DNA of 64,000 bases from an uncultured Actinomycetota bacterium (GCA_963765345.1 CAVXWI010000001.1:114572-178571); one strand, 5' to 3'; counted from the stretch's first letter, positions 1 through 10,727 are shown. Notes: generated from the letters alone by a model not told the origin. Translations and numbers: made by a program.

Positions 1-57
1 AGAGTCCCTCGAGATAGAGAGATATGGTCCCAGTCGCTCACGGCGACATGCAGGGAG
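1..57 (+). other. 3' end of a putative group I intron at an L1917-like site in helix 69 of 23S (partial)
   Basis: Positions 1-57 do not match the universally conserved H69 sequence. The stretch ends in a hairpin (gtcgctcacggcgac) plus a short tail ending in G (cagggaG), directly before exon-like aactgcctaaggtagcg. Its layout parallels the 3' end of the second insertion. Confidence 0.45.
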
Positions 58-90
58 AACTGCCTAAGGTAGCGAAATTCCTTGTCGGGT

Positions 91-413
91 AATACGAATC
101 TGCCCGAGCCGGAAGTGATTCCGGTCAACAAACCGGCTAATAACGGAAGAAGCCCTCCTCGTAGTCGCGGCGCTTCAAGGACGCTCGTGGCAGCGAAAGG
201 GTAATCCCGTGGGCAAGTCTGCTCGATCGCACAGAGCTCTGAGTTGACCGTAACCGACTGAATCGTCACACTTGATCGGAACATGAGATCGCATATCGCT
301 CGCGGCCCTCGACACAGGAATCTATGAATGTGATCAGACGCCGGCCCTTGGCAGGAATGCTGCAGCCAAGGTGAAGGGATAGTCTGCGCCTCCGGAAACG
401 GAGGATGAACGCG
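91..413 (+). other. Putative group I intron, 323 nt, at an L1951-like site of 23S (no ORF)
   Basis: The insertion splits the invariant GGGU|AAGUUCCGACC. The upstream exon ends in U (pos 90) and the insert ends in G (pos 413), matching group I splice-site rules. The 3' region has a P9-like GNRA hairpin cctccgGAAAcggagg followed by a short tail. It is too short to encode a homing endonuclease. Confidence 0.65.
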
Positions 414-880
414 AAGTTCCGACCTGCACGAATGGCGTAACGACTTGGGCGCTGTCTCTTCGAGGGATCCGGTGAAATTGTAGTCTCGGTGAAGATGCCG
501 AGTACCCGTGGTTGGACGGAAAGACCCCGTGAACCTTTACTACAGCTAGATATTGGAGTTTGGGATTCGCTGTCCAGGATAGGTGGGAGGCTGTGAAGCG
601 GGGGCGTCAGCTCTCGTGGAGCCAACCTTGGGATACCACCCTTCGTGTTCTGGGCTTCTAACCCGCTGCCGTGATCCGGGGCGGGAACAGTATCTGGTGG
701 GTAGTTTGACTGGGGCGGTCGCCTCCCAAAATGTAACGGAGGCGCGCAAAGGTTCCCTCAGCACGGTTGGAAATCGTGCGTAGAGCGCAAAGGCATAAGG
801 GAGCTTGACTGCGAGACAGACATGTCGAGCAGGGACGAAAGTCGGCCTTAGTGATCCGGCGGTAACTAGTGGACGTGCCG

Positions 881-922
<42 letters not shown>

Positions 923-1310
923 ACTTCCCAAGAGTCCACATCGACGGAAGTGTTTGGCACCTCAAATCTGGGGTGGGTCGTCAGAGATGGCGATCTCGCA
1001 TCGGCTAATAACGGTGGAACCCAATGCCTGGGTGTCGATAGACGCCAAAACGTGGGCAATACCGTGGGAAGTCCGTCGGAAGCGAAGCAGCACTCGTGCT
1101 GCGGCCAGGGTTCGACGCTTTCGCAAGTGACCCCGTAACGACTGAGGCCCGCAAGGGCCGAGGTAGCGTCTCCGCCTTTCGAGGCAATCTATGAGCGCTA
1201 CAACACGCCGACCCCTCGCCTCTGGCCAGGCAGGGTGAAGATATAGTCTGCGCCCGCCGGTAACGGCGGTGAGCGTGCGATGTCGGCTCGTCGCATCCTG
1301 GGGCTGGAGT

Positions 1311-1372
<62 letters not shown>

Positions 1373-1511
1373 CGAGACAGTTCGGTCCCTATCCACCATG
1401 GGCGTTGGAGGCTTGAGAGGAGTCGTCTCTAGTACGAGAGGACCGAGACGAACGGACCTCTGGTGTATCAGTCGTCGTGCCAACGGCGTTGCTGATTAGC
1501 CACGTCTGGAT

Positions 1512-1548
<37 letters not shown>

Positions 1549-1746
1549 CTCGAGATGAGGCCTCCCATCTCCTAGAGAGAGTAAGAGCCGTGGGAGACCA
1601 CCACGTTGATAGGCGGGACGTGCAAGCACAGCAATGTGTTCAGCGGACCCGTACTAATTGCTCGAGGTCTTGATTTAGAACTCGCGAAAGGCTGCTATGG
1701 AGTTTTGAGGGTGAGCGCCGGAACGGCTGCTCAGCGACCTCACAAA

Positions 1747-1863
<117 letters not shown>

Positions 1864-1870
1864 TCTTCAG

Positions 1871-1895
1871 GGCCCCGCAAGGGGCCCTTTTTGCT
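1871..1895 (+). terminator. Rho-independent terminator of the rRNA operon
   Basis: GC hairpin gggccccgcaaggggccc followed by a ttttt tract. Confidence 0.7.
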
Positions 1896-2626
1896 TAGGC
1901 CGCGCGGAGCTTCTCGCGCCAGGAGGGATCGAGCGCACGCAGCCGCTGGACGCGCTCGCCGAGCGGCGGATGCGTCCGGAAGAGCGCGGCGATCCCCTCC
2001 TCGGCGAACGGATCAGTCGCATAGAGCGGCTCGGTCGCCGGGCTCGCCTGGAACGAGACGAGCCCCATCGACTGCTCGAGCCGGAGGAGTCCATCGGCGA
2101 GCCCGTGCGGCGAGTCGCAGAGCTCGGCGGCATAGCGATCGGCCTCGTACTCACGGTTCGGCGAGAGGACGAGATGGACGAACGACGCCGCAATGGGCGC
2201 GAGCACGAAGAGGAAGCCGCGCTGGAAGTAGCCGCCGATCCGCGAAGAGTCGATGATCGCCGCGGCGACGACCGCGGCGACGGTCTGGGTGAGGACGTCA
2301 CGGTTGCGCAGGTGGGCGATCTCGTGGGCGACGAGCCCTGCGAGCTCCGCGGGCGTCGCGACGCCGAGCAGGCCCGAGGAAACCGCCAACGCCGCGCCCC
2401 CTCGTGCGCCACGGCCGGCCGAGAGCATCCGCGGGTAGCCGTCGGGAATGAGGTAGAGCCGCGGCCGGATCACGCCGGCCCGTCCCGAGAGTGAGTTGAC
2501 GGCGGCCGCGAGCGCCGGCGCCTCCGCCGGCAGGAACTCACGCGCGCCGACCATGCCCATGACGATCCGCTCGGCATACCAGTAGAGCACCGCCCAGAGC
2601 AGGAAGATCGAGCCGCCGAAGAGCAA
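1895..2626 (-). CDS. htpX: M48 family zinc metalloprotease HtpX-like
   Basis: HEIAH zinc-binding motif (LVAHEIAHLRNRD), downstream E, and N-terminal hydrophobic helices; TTG start. Confidence 0.8.
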   Translation of the reverse strand: MLFGGSIFLLWAVLYWYAERIVMGMVGAREFLPAEAPALAAAVNSLSGRAGVIRPRLYLIPDGYPRMLSAGRGARGGAALAVSSGLLGVATPAELAGLVAHEIAHLRNRDVLTQTVAAVVAAAIIDSSRIGGYFQRGFLFVLAPIAASFVHLVLSPNREYEADRYAAELCDSPHGLADGLLRLEQSMGLVSFQASPATEPLYATDPFAEEGIAALFRTHPPLGERVQRLRALDPSWREKLRAA

Positions 2627-2748
2627 CGCCAGGCGGTAGTCGCCGATGCGCCAGCCGATCGCCCCCAGCGCGACCGCCGGGAATCGCGAAGACGAGCCAC
2701 GTTTTCAGGAGGTTGCGCGCGACGGTGACGCGGTGACTCAACGTGGCC

Positions 2749-3006
2749 TCAGGCGTCGTCGTCGCGCTCGTCCGGCTCGTCTTCGGCGAGGCCCTGCGGC
2801 GGCCAGTCGGGCTCGGGCGCGTCACAGCGGCTCGAGCAGTGGAGCGACGCGATGTTCTGCAAGGGGATGAGGATGTGGCCGTTGAGCTCGATGTGGGCGA
2901 CATCGTCGACGTAGCAGTACGCCGTGAGCACGCCGTCCTGGTACTCGCCGCCGAAGAGCGCCACCTCGACCTGCTCACCCTTGTACTTGTTCGTGTAGTC
3001 CTCCAC
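2749..3006 (-). CDS. Hypothetical small acidic protein
   Basis: 85-aa ORF with protein-like composition (MEDYTNKYKGEQVEVALFGGEYQDG...); no recognisable family. Confidence 0.4.
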   Translation of the reverse strand: MEDYTNKYKGEQVEVALFGGEYQDGVLTAYCYVDDVAHIELNGHILIPLQNIASLHCSSRCDAPEPDWPPQGLAEDEPDERDDDA

Positions 3007-3581
3007 AAGTTGAGTCTAGCCACCGCATACGACCCCCCCGGACGGCGAGCGCATCGACCTCGCAGTTCGCGATCCGGTGCGAGTCCTCACGCGTGCATCC
3101 TGCGGTCGCGCGAACCGTTCGGACGGGCCCCCCGTGCGTGACGACGAGCACGGTGGCGCCGGCATGGCCGGCGGCGATCTCGCGGAGCACCTCCTCGACG
3201 CGCGCGCCCATTGCCTCATAGGTTTCCCCGTGCTCCCAACCGAGACCGCCAGCCCGCCGACGCTCGGCCCCGGCCGGAAACCGCGCTTCGGCCTCGGCGG
3301 TCGTCAGCCCGGACCACTCGCCGACGTCGACCTCCCGCAGGCGAGCGTCGAGCTGGACCGGGAGCCCGAACGAACGAGCGACGAGCTCGGCCGTTTGACG
3401 AGCGCGTGCTAGGTCGGAGCTGTACACCGCCTCGATCTTGCGTTCGGCGAGGCAGCAGACCGAGCGCCTGTGCTTGCGCCCGCCCAGTCTCGTTGAGCGG
3501 CGGGTCGGCGTGGCCCTGCCAGCGCCGCTCGAGGTTCCAGTCGGTCTCGCCATGACGGGCAAGCAGGAGCGTCGTGGCCAT
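2975..3581 (-). pseudogene. Histidine phosphatase (phosphoglycerate-mutase family) gene split by a 1-nt frameshift
   Basis: The N-terminal frame has the catalytic RHGETDWN motif (MATTLLLARHGETDWNLERRWQGHADPPLNETGRAQAQAL). A second frame continues with ...LAERKIEAVYSSDLARARQTAELVA...VLVVTHGGPVRT. The frames cross near 3455 in a ctgctgcc run. Confidence 0.6.
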
Positions 3582-3601
3582 GGAAGCTAACGTAGCCGCG
3601 C

Positions 3602-4348
3602 ATGGAGCTCGGGCTGACGGACAAGGTGTGCGTCGTCACCGGCTCGACCGAGGGGATCGGGCTCGAGACCGTCGTCCTGCTCCGGGCCGAAGGGGCGCGG
3701 GTCGTGAGCGCGAGCCGGGGCGAGGAAGGGCCGGGCGACCTCCACATCGCCGCCGACCTCTCACGCCCCGGCGAGCCCGAGCGGGTCGTCGACACGGCCC
3801 TCGAGGCGTTCGGTCGCGTCGACTGCCTCGTCAACAACGTCGGTTGGGCGGAGATCCACCGCTTCGAGGAGCTGACCGAGGAGATCTGGGAGCGCTCCTG
3901 GCAGATCAACCTGATGAGCGCGGTGCGTGCGACGAAGGCCGCTCTGCCGCCGATGCGCGAGCACGGCGGCGGCGCGATCGTCAACGTCTCCTCGACCTCC
4001 GCCAAGCGGCCCTCGGTCGGCATGCCCGAGTACTCGGTCACGAAGGCGGCGATGCTCTCGTACTCGCGGCTCGTCGCCGACCTCTACGCGAAGGACGGCA
4101 TCCGCTGCAACGCCGTCACGCCTGGCCCCACCGCGACGCGCGCCTGGCTCGGCGAGGGTGGGCTCGCAGACCAGCAGGGCGAGCGCGACGAGGTGTTTGC
4201 GAAGGTGGGCGCGGGTCGGCCGCTCGGACGCCTCGCGGCCCCGGCGGAGATCGCCGCCGTGATCGTCTTCCTCTGCTCCGACCGGGCGAGCTACGTCACC
4301 GGTGCGGCCTGGAGTGTCGACGGCGGCACCGTGCCGATCATCATCTGA
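3602..4348 (+). CDS. SDR family NAD(P)-dependent oxidoreductase
   Basis: TGSTEGIG Rossmann motif, NNVG, and catalytic YSVTK (YxxxK). Confidence 0.85.
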   Translation: MELGLTDKVCVVTGSTEGIGLETVVLLRAEGARVVSASRGEEGPGDLHIAADLSRPGEPERVVDTALEAFGRVDCLVNNVGWAEIHRFEELTEEIWERSWQINLMSAVRATKAALPPMREHGGGAIVNVSSTSAKRPSVGMPEYSVTKAAMLSYSRLVADLYAKDGIRCNAVTPGPTATRAWLGEGGLADQQGERDEVFAKVGAGRPLGRLAAPAEIAAVIVFLCSDRASYVTGAAWSVDGGTVPIII

Positions 4349-4408
4349 GGCTCGCGGTGGCCAAAATGGACGTCTGGCGGCCGCCGCCTGCGCGGATACG
4401 CTGACCGC

Positions 4409-5362
4409 ATGTTCCCGCCCGGAGGCCTTCTTGCGGACTCGTTCGCCGAGCGGATGCGCAAGATCGAGGAGGAGAGCCTCTCGCCGCTCGCCGTCCGGTC
4501 GTACGAGACGCGCGGACGGCTGCGGGCAGAAGCCGAATCCGACGTGCGCACGCCGTTCCAGCGGGACCGCGACCGGATCGTGCATTCGAAGCCGTTCCGG
4601 CGCCTGAAAGGAAAGACGCAGGTCTTCATCGACCCCGCCGGCGATCACTACCGCACGCGGATGACGCACACCCTCGAGACGACCGGAATCGCACGGGTCG
4701 TCGCCCGCGCGCTGCGGCTGAACGAGGATCTCGTCGAGGCGATCGGGCTCGGGCATGACACCGGGCACACGCCGTTCGGCCACGCCGGCGAGGAGGCGCT
4801 CGACGCCGCGCTTGCGGAACGGTTTGGCGGCCGTTTCCACCACAACGAGCAGTCGCTGAAGATCGCCGAACGGCTGAACCTGACCTACGAGGTGCGCGAC
4901 GGCATCCTCACCCACACCGGCGACCGCGAGCCCGAGACGCTCGAGGGGCGGATCATCCGGATCGTTGACCGGGTCGCTTACATCAACCACGACATCGACG
5001 ACGCGATCCGCTACGGGATCCTCTCGGAGGGAGATCTGCCGCGCGAAGAGATCGAGATCCTCGGTCCGACCGGCTCGAAGCGGATCGACCGGCTCGTCCA
5101 CGACCTGGTCGAGACGTCCTCGGCGGAGGGCGAAATCGCCCAGAGCGCTGAGATTGGCGGCGCAATGCTCTCGCTGCGAGCGTTCATGTTCGAGCGGGTC
5201 TACCTCGGCCCGGAGACCGAGGTCGAGCACCAGCGGGCGTACGCCACGATCCGGGCGATCTTCGAGACGCTGGCCGAGCGTGGGGAGGGGCCGGAGGTGA
5301 TTACCGAGTTCATCTCGGGCATGACCGACCGCTACGCGCTGACGTACGCTGCTGCTCTCTGA
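4409..5362 (+). CDS. dgt: dGTPase-like HD-domain phosphohydrolase (short Dgt)
   Basis: FQRDRDRIVHSKPFRRLKGKTQVF, the HD motif in THTLETTGIARVVA...GLGHDTGHTPFGH, and FHHNEQSLKIAERL. Its stop overlaps the dnaG start (tgATGg). Confidence 0.85.
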   Translation: MFPPGGLLADSFAERMRKIEEESLSPLAVRSYETRGRLRAEAESDVRTPFQRDRDRIVHSKPFRRLKGKTQVFIDPAGDHYRTRMTHTLETTGIARVVARALRLNEDLVEAIGLGHDTGHTPFGHAGEEALDAALAERFGGRFHHNEQSLKIAERLNLTYEVRDGILTHTGDREPETLEGRIIRIVDRVAYINHDIDDAIRYGILSEGDLPREEIEILGPTGSKRIDRLVHDLVETSSAEGEIAQSAEIGGAMLSLRAFMFERVYLGPETEVEHQRAYATIRAIFETLAERGEGPEVITEFISGMTDRYALTYAAAL

Positions 5363-7018
5363 TGGCGCGAATCAAGGACTCGACCGTCGAGGCGGTGCGC
5401 CAGAGCGCCGACTTCGTCGCCATCGTCGAGGAGCGGACACCGCTGCGGAAGTCGGGCGGCGCGCCTCGTCGGGCTCTGCCCCTTCCACGACGAGCGCACG
5501 CCGAGCTTCTCGATCAATCCCCTCGACAAGCTCTACTACTGCCACGGCTGCCACAAGGGTGGCGACATGATCGGCTTCGTCCGCGACACCCAGGGGCTCG
5601 ACTTCGTCGAGGCGATCGAGTGGATCGCCGGCCGCTCGGGAATCACGGCCGAGTACGAGGAGGGCTCGCCGGCGGAGGACGCAAGGCGCCGTCGCCGCGA
5701 GCGGCTGCTCGCGGTCCTCGACGACGCCGCGTCCTTCTACGAGCGCTACCTCTGGGAGAGCCAGGCCGGCTCGTTCGCGCGCGACTACCTCGCCGGGCGC
5801 GGCCTGCACGAGCCGGTCTGCCGCGAGTTCCGCCTCGGTCTTGCCCTCGGCGGCACGACGCTGACCCGCAAGGCCCTCGACCGCGGTTTCAGCGCTGAGG
5901 AGCTGCGGGCGGCCGGCCTGACGCGCGCGCGGGGCGGCGACTACTTCGAGCGGCGCCTCGTCTTCCCGCTCACCGACGCACGCGGCCACGTCCTCGGCTT
6001 CCAGGCGCGCCGGCTGCACGACGACGATCCGCTGCAAGCGAAGTACGTGAACACGGCCGAATCCGAGCTCTTCACGAAGGGGGCGATCGTCTACGGCCTC
6101 GACAAGGCCCGCCTGGCGATCTCACGCGAGGACCGGGCGTGCATCGTCGAGGGCAACACCGACGTGATCGCGCTCCGCCAGGTGGGGTTCGAGCCCGTCG
6201 TCGCGTGTATGGGGACGGCGCTCACCGAGCAGCAGCTCCGCGAGCTCGCCCGGCTGACGAGGCGGCTCTGGCTCGCGTTCGACGGCGACGCGGCAGGAGA
6301 GTCGGCGGCGCTGAGGGGAATGGAGCTGGCAGTCGCGCACGGGTTCGACGTGAAGGTCGTCGCCCTGCCCGCCGGGATCGACCCCGCCGACGATCCGGCC
6401 GGGTTCGAGGCGAGGCTCGGCGCCGCCAAGCCCTACGTCCTCTACCGCGCCCAGGTCGAGGCGAAGCGCGCGGACGACCGCGAAGCGGGACGGCGAGCGG
6501 TCGAGGCGTTTCTCGCGGGAGTTCCCGACTCGCTCGACCGCAGGGCCGCCCAGCGCTGGGCGAACGACTTCTTCGGGATGCCGATCCAGCTTCGCGGCGG
6601 CGGGACGGCGACCGCGGCCACGGCGCCCTCACCGCGCGTCGTCGCGGCCGGCGACCGGGTCGAGCGGGGCGCGCTGGCCGGCGTCGTCGCACATCGGAGC
6701 CTCGTACCGGTCCTCGCCGAGATCACGCCGGAGCACTTCCGGGACGAGAGGAATCGGGCGCTACGCGAATACCTCGTCGACGGCGCCGCCGCCGAGCCCG
6801 ATGTCTTGGCGCTCCTCGCCGAGCTCGACGCGTGGGCGCCTCGGGAGGGGATCGACAAGGCGACCGCGGAGGAGTACCTGCTCAGGCTCCGCGAACGCGA
6901 GCTCTGGGCGGAGCTGCGCACCGCCGGGATCGAACGGACGAAGGAGCTCCGCGAGGCCCTCGCACGGATCGAGGGCGCGATCGCCGGGCTCGGCGCGCAA
7001 ACGACGACGCCGGGGTGA
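5362..7018 (+). CDS. dnaG: DNA primase DnaG (contains an apparent 1-nt frameshift near 5462)
   Basis: The N-terminus MARIKDSTVEAVRQSADFVAIVEERTPLRKSGG is followed, in the +1 frame, by the zinc-binding RLVGLCPFHDERTPSFSINPLDKLYYCHGCHKGGD, then the TOPRIM and C-terminal domains (5567-7018). The frames cross in a gcgcgcc run. Confidence 0.85.
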
Positions 7019-7059
7019 GCCGGCGTCGTCGCGCACGTGGAGCGATGTGGTGGAACCCC

Positions 7060-7515
7060 CTAGGAAACGCTGGTGGTGCTGGTGCCGCCGCCGCGCAGCC
7101 CCTGCACGGCGTTCTTGGCCTGTTGGGCAGCGTCGCGAATATCGGTGATCTCGGCCTTGTCGGCGGCGAGTGCCGCCTTGACCGCGGCGCCCAAGCCCGT
7201 GAGATGAGCGCCCCGCGCAGCCTTCAGGTCCGACACCAGCTGGCTTCGGTCGGTCCTGATCGCCGGCAGCAGGTTGGCCGCGTCGGATTTGGCCTGCTTG
7301 ATGTCGGTCATGACCCCGGCTTTGTCGCCCTTCTGGGCGGCGGCGGTGATCGCGTCGAAATCGGGGATCAGCGTGGAGTGGGCCGCCGAGATGTCGCCGG
7401 CGAGCTGGGTGAGGTCGGCCTGGACCGTGGAGCCGGCGTCCGCCGAGGCGAGTGCCGCCCCGAGCGTGAACGCGAGGGCGACGAGCGTCAGGGCGAGAAT
7501 CGTTTTTGTCTTCAT
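7060..7515 (-). CDS. Secreted alanine-rich hypothetical protein
   Basis: Signal peptide MKTKTILALTLVALAFTLGAALASA; GAGG 9 nt upstream of the ATG. The longer listed ORF extends upstream without a signal peptide. Confidence 0.6.
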   Translation of the reverse strand: MKTKTILALTLVALAFTLGAALASADAGSTVQADLTQLAGDISAAHSTLIPDFDAITAAAQKGDKAGVMTDIKQAKSDAANLLPAIRTDRSQLVSDLKAARGAHLTGLGAAVKAALAADKAEITDIRDAAQQAKNAVQGLRGGGTSTTSVS

Positions 7516-8231
7516 GGGCAAGCACCTCAGGACCGGTCCTGGACGCTGCCAGCATCCGGCGCCCGCGTCAGCTGGAGATACGGTGGCTGTAAGCGCCGTG
7601 TAAAAAGCGACAAGCCGCGGTCGCTCGGCGCCCGATCCAGGCGATCTGAGAGCCTGGTCCCGCGCGGCAGCTGGCCACCATGCTCGCACCGGCGCTGCGC
7701 CACTCGGGCTCGCCGGATCGGCAGCCGCGGCGCCGACCCCGCTTCCCGCTGTGTTCGCGACGACAGTGAACGGGAGTACCCCGACCACCGCGCTTCACCT
7801 GAAGATCATCCGAACGGGCGATTGTCCCGGCACCGGCGCTCCGCGTAGCGTCGACCGTGTACCTCCCGAGCCCACCCGGGTTTCCCATCCTCGCCACAAG
7901 GACGGGGCCGGGTGGGCTCAGTCGTGCGGGGCGGGGAGTACTCGGGACTGACCGAGGAACTTCCGGTCACCGAGTTCGCTAGGAGGGTGCATCCGTACCA
8001 CCACCTCAGCGCCCCCCTGTCGAGCACCAGACGAGTCAGCCCAAGGCGACGCAGGGCCTGACGCCCGTTCGGGGTCGGACTCGCGGCATACCCGGACTGG
8101 CCCGCGATGGAAAATCGCGCGTACGACAGCCGGCTCGCGGTTGTCGATGGACATTGGTGCCCGGATTTGGGAGACTCGTCTGCGGACCGATCGGTCGCGA
8201 GCTAGACGCGAGGCGGAGGGAGACAAGAGCG

Positions 8232-9053
8232 GTGGATGAGACAGAGCCCCCCGGGGCTATCAATGCGCTGACCGGGCTGGTTGATCGAGATCTCGTCGAG
8301 CCGCTGCAGAACTTCCAGGATCCGAGTCAGGAGTGGCGGCGCCTCTTCTCGGAGCTTCTCGGGACATTTTTCCTCGTGCTGGTCGCCGCGGGTGGCGGGA
8401 TGATGGGTCAGGCGTTCCCCGACACGATTACTCGCACAGCCGCGGTCGTCGCGCCTGGATTGATGGTGATGGCGATCATCTTGTTCATGGGCAAGGTGTC
8501 GGGCGCCCATCTGAATCCGGCAGTGAGCGTTGCCTTTTCGCTCCGCGGCGATTTTCCATGGCGGCGGGTGCCGGCATATGTGGTCGTGCAGTTGGTCGGG
8601 GCGACGCTCGCGGCGCTCTTTCTTCGCGGCGTGGTGAACGTCTCCGCGAAGTACGGGTCCAACTATCCGGCGGCAGGCTGGGCGGACTGGAGGGCGTTCC
8701 TGATGGAGGCGGTGCTGACGCTCGGGCTCGTCAGCGTCATTCTCGGGACCGCGTCCGGGGCGCAGAACATCGGCATCTTCGGCGCCATCGGAGTCGGCGC
8801 CTACATCGCCCTGGCGGGGCTGTGGGGTAGCCCGATCTCCGGCGCGTCGATGAATCCTGCGCGCACATTCGGGCCCGATCTCGTCGGCGGTGATTTCGGC
8901 AGTTACTGGGTCTACGTCGCGGGGCCGCTGGTCGGGGCGGTGTTCGCGGTCGGGGCGGCGTGGGTTCTGCGCGGCGCGGGTGGAGGCCGCTCCGGCTCTG
9001 GCGCAGCACAGGGCGACCTCTTCACCGAGGTCGCACACCCGGACAAGCAGTGA
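8232..9053 (+). CDS. MIP family aquaporin/glycerol-type channel
   Basis: Two NPA boxes (HLNPAVS and SMNPAR) and six hydrophobic segments; start is uncertain (GTG at 8232 or TTG at 8154). Confidence 0.85.
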   Translation: MDETEPPGAINALTGLVDRDLVEPLQNFQDPSQEWRRLFSELLGTFFLVLVAAGGGMMGQAFPDTITRTAAVVAPGLMVMAIILFMGKVSGAHLNPAVSVAFSLRGDFPWRRVPAYVVVQLVGATLAALFLRGVVNVSAKYGSNYPAAGWADWRAFLMEAVLTLGLVSVILGTASGAQNIGIFGAIGVGAYIALAGLWGSPISGASMNPARTFGPDLVGGDFGSYWVYVAGPLVGAVFAVGAAWVLRGAGGGRSGSGAAQGDLFTEVAHPDKQ

Positions 9054-9517
9054 GTGGAGTCCAGCCAAGGCTGTTGCCGGAGAATCGCGCCTAGGGGATA
9101 CCTAGGGTCATGGCGCCGAGGCGCGAGAGCCTGGCCAGCCGTGTGAGCGGTCGCCGTTGGCCGAATTGGGCTGCGGGCCCGGAGGGCCTGCGCTCACTGC
9201 TCGGCAAGATCCAAGGATTCTCAAGCATGCCGGATGCCCTCGACTTCACGGTGCCCGCGGCAATATCCCGCCGCGGTTCCGTACGAGAAGAGGTGACGCT
9301 GGTTGTGAAGCCCGCATAACGGGCATGGTGCAGTGGGGGCCGCAGGGGGAAGTCCGCAAACCCCCACCGCAGCAAAGGGGTTCACCCTCCGGTTAGATGT
9401 CCCTCCCCGCGGTTGCAGGCCGGGGTCACGGGATGCACGGCGGCCGCTCGGCCGTGGCATCCATTACCCGACCCGGGGTCAGACCGGTAGACGGCGTTGA
9501 ATCCAGCGATCTGAGCG

Positions 9518-9990
9518 TCAGACCTGGCGCACGAGATACGCCGACACGATCTGGACAGCGATCTCGCGTCCCGCGCCCTTCAGCCCGTCGATCAAACCGC
9601 GAAGCCGTGCCTTCTCCGCCGGTTCCTCGGCGACAGCCTCGGCGGTCTCGAGCGCCGTGACGAGTTGGTCGAGGAGCACCTCGGCCGAGGGCCACGACCA
9701 AAGCCAACCCGAGAGCTGCGCGAGAAGCGACCGCGCCCGACCGCCCGCTATCTGCACCGCGAACTGGCTCGACACGGGCGAGAGGTAACCGAGAGGCTGG
9801 AACAACCTGGCGAACTCCGCTTCGACCGGAGTCCCTGCGACGAGCGAAGTGCAAGCACCGAGAATGCGGTTGTACGTCTCCATGAGAGAGGGCGTCGCGC
9901 TGAAGGAGTCCACCGGCGCTACCGCAACAGGGGGTCGAGCCGCCTTCGACCGGATCACCGTGTCGAGCCATTTGGGTTGGCGCAGAGCGT
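9518..9990 (-). CDS. Hypothetical protein (start uncertain)
   Basis: The C-terminal ~160 aa of the 9518..10294 ORF look protein-like (…RILGACTSLVAGTPVEAEFARLFQPLGYLSPV…); upstream it overlaps the next gene in another frame. Confidence 0.3.
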
Positions 9991-10008
9991 AGGCGATCCT
10001 GATCGACG

Positions 10009-10593
10009 TCAGTCGCTGGTCTTCTGCGAACGCTTCGAGCGCAGGACCTCGATACGGATCGTGTATCCATTCTCGTCGGACTCGAGGATCGTGCGGCGTC
10101 TCCTTCGGGCGACCCAGAGGCTGTACGCGACGCATACCGCGACCGTGAAGCCGTACGCAGTGAACGCCGACACCTTGTCCGAGTGCCTCATGTGGGCTGT
10201 GGCAATGAGGTAGGGAAACCAGAAGAACATACTCGTCGCGAAAAGAACCATCGCGTACCCGAGCCAGGGCGGGAGGAGAAGCATCCGCCACCACGGAGGC
10301 CTGGAAGCAGCTCTCCGGGGTGAAATTCCCTGCGCAGATTCGCGCGTGAGGGGAGACGTTTCGGCCTCAATGACTGGGGGTGCGACTTGCCGGGCCGGGT
10401 GCGCCGGCCAGGGTCGCCGGCGAGTTGGCGACGGCGTCCGGTTGGCGCTCACCGATACGGACTCGACATGGGCTGGCGGCCGAACGGCCGCTGAAGGGCT
10501 ATCCGAAGGCGCCGCGATCGGCCGCCCGCACGCGGAGCAGAATTCTGCGTCCGCGGAGACCCGGATGCCGCAGTTGGAACAAAAGGACGCCAA
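10009..10593 (-). CDS. Zinc-ribbon domain membrane protein
   Basis: N-terminal CxxC...CxxC (MASFCSNCGIRVSADAEFCSACGRPI), a Pro-rich linker, then two TM helices. Confidence 0.6.
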   Translation of the reverse strand: MASFCSNCGIRVSADAEFCSACGRPIAAPSDSPSAAVRPPAHVESVSVSANRTPSPTRRRPWPAHPARQVAPPVIEAETSPLTRESAQGISPRRAASRPPWWRMLLLPPWLGYAMVLFATSMFFWFPYLIATAHMRHSDKVSAFTAYGFTVAVCVAYSLWVARRRRRTILESDENGYTIRIEVLRSKRSQKTSD

Positions 10594-10727
10594 TCTGCGC
10601 CCAGTCTCGTCCAGTTCGGCTCGCGATTCAAGCCCGACAGACGCCGTGCGCCTTCTGAATCACCAGCGGTCCCGTAACCCACTGCCTTGGCTGAAGACTC
10701 ACTCGAAGTGAGGAAAACCGCTTGCCG

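Noticed and set aside
91-413. The 23S insertion as an RNase-III-processed intervening sequence (IVS) rather than an intron
   Set aside because: IVSs occupy variable helices (H9, H25, H45) and leave fragmented rRNA. This insert splits an invariant, functionally essential single-stranded junction between H69 and H71 and carries the U/G boundary nucleotides of group I introns, so splicing is far more plausible. It remains unverified without a covariance-model search.
3761-5230. A 489-aa ORF on the minus strand overlapping the SDR and dgt genes, and similar very long antisense ORFs elsewhere (18278-19777, 40522-42804, 45704-47884, 49211-50464, 31020-32651, 60813-62567)
   Set aside because: They are Arg/Ala/Gly/Pro-rich with no motifs and lie exactly opposite well-supported conserved genes; they are typical high-GC antisense artefacts.
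9300-9560. Possible riboswitch-like elements (B12- or TPP-like fragments such as GGGAAGTCCG, CTGAG...ACCTG) between the aquaporin gene and the next gene
   Set aside because: The conserved blocks are not in the right order or spacing for the cobalamin or THI-box consensus; there is only partial k-mer resemblance.
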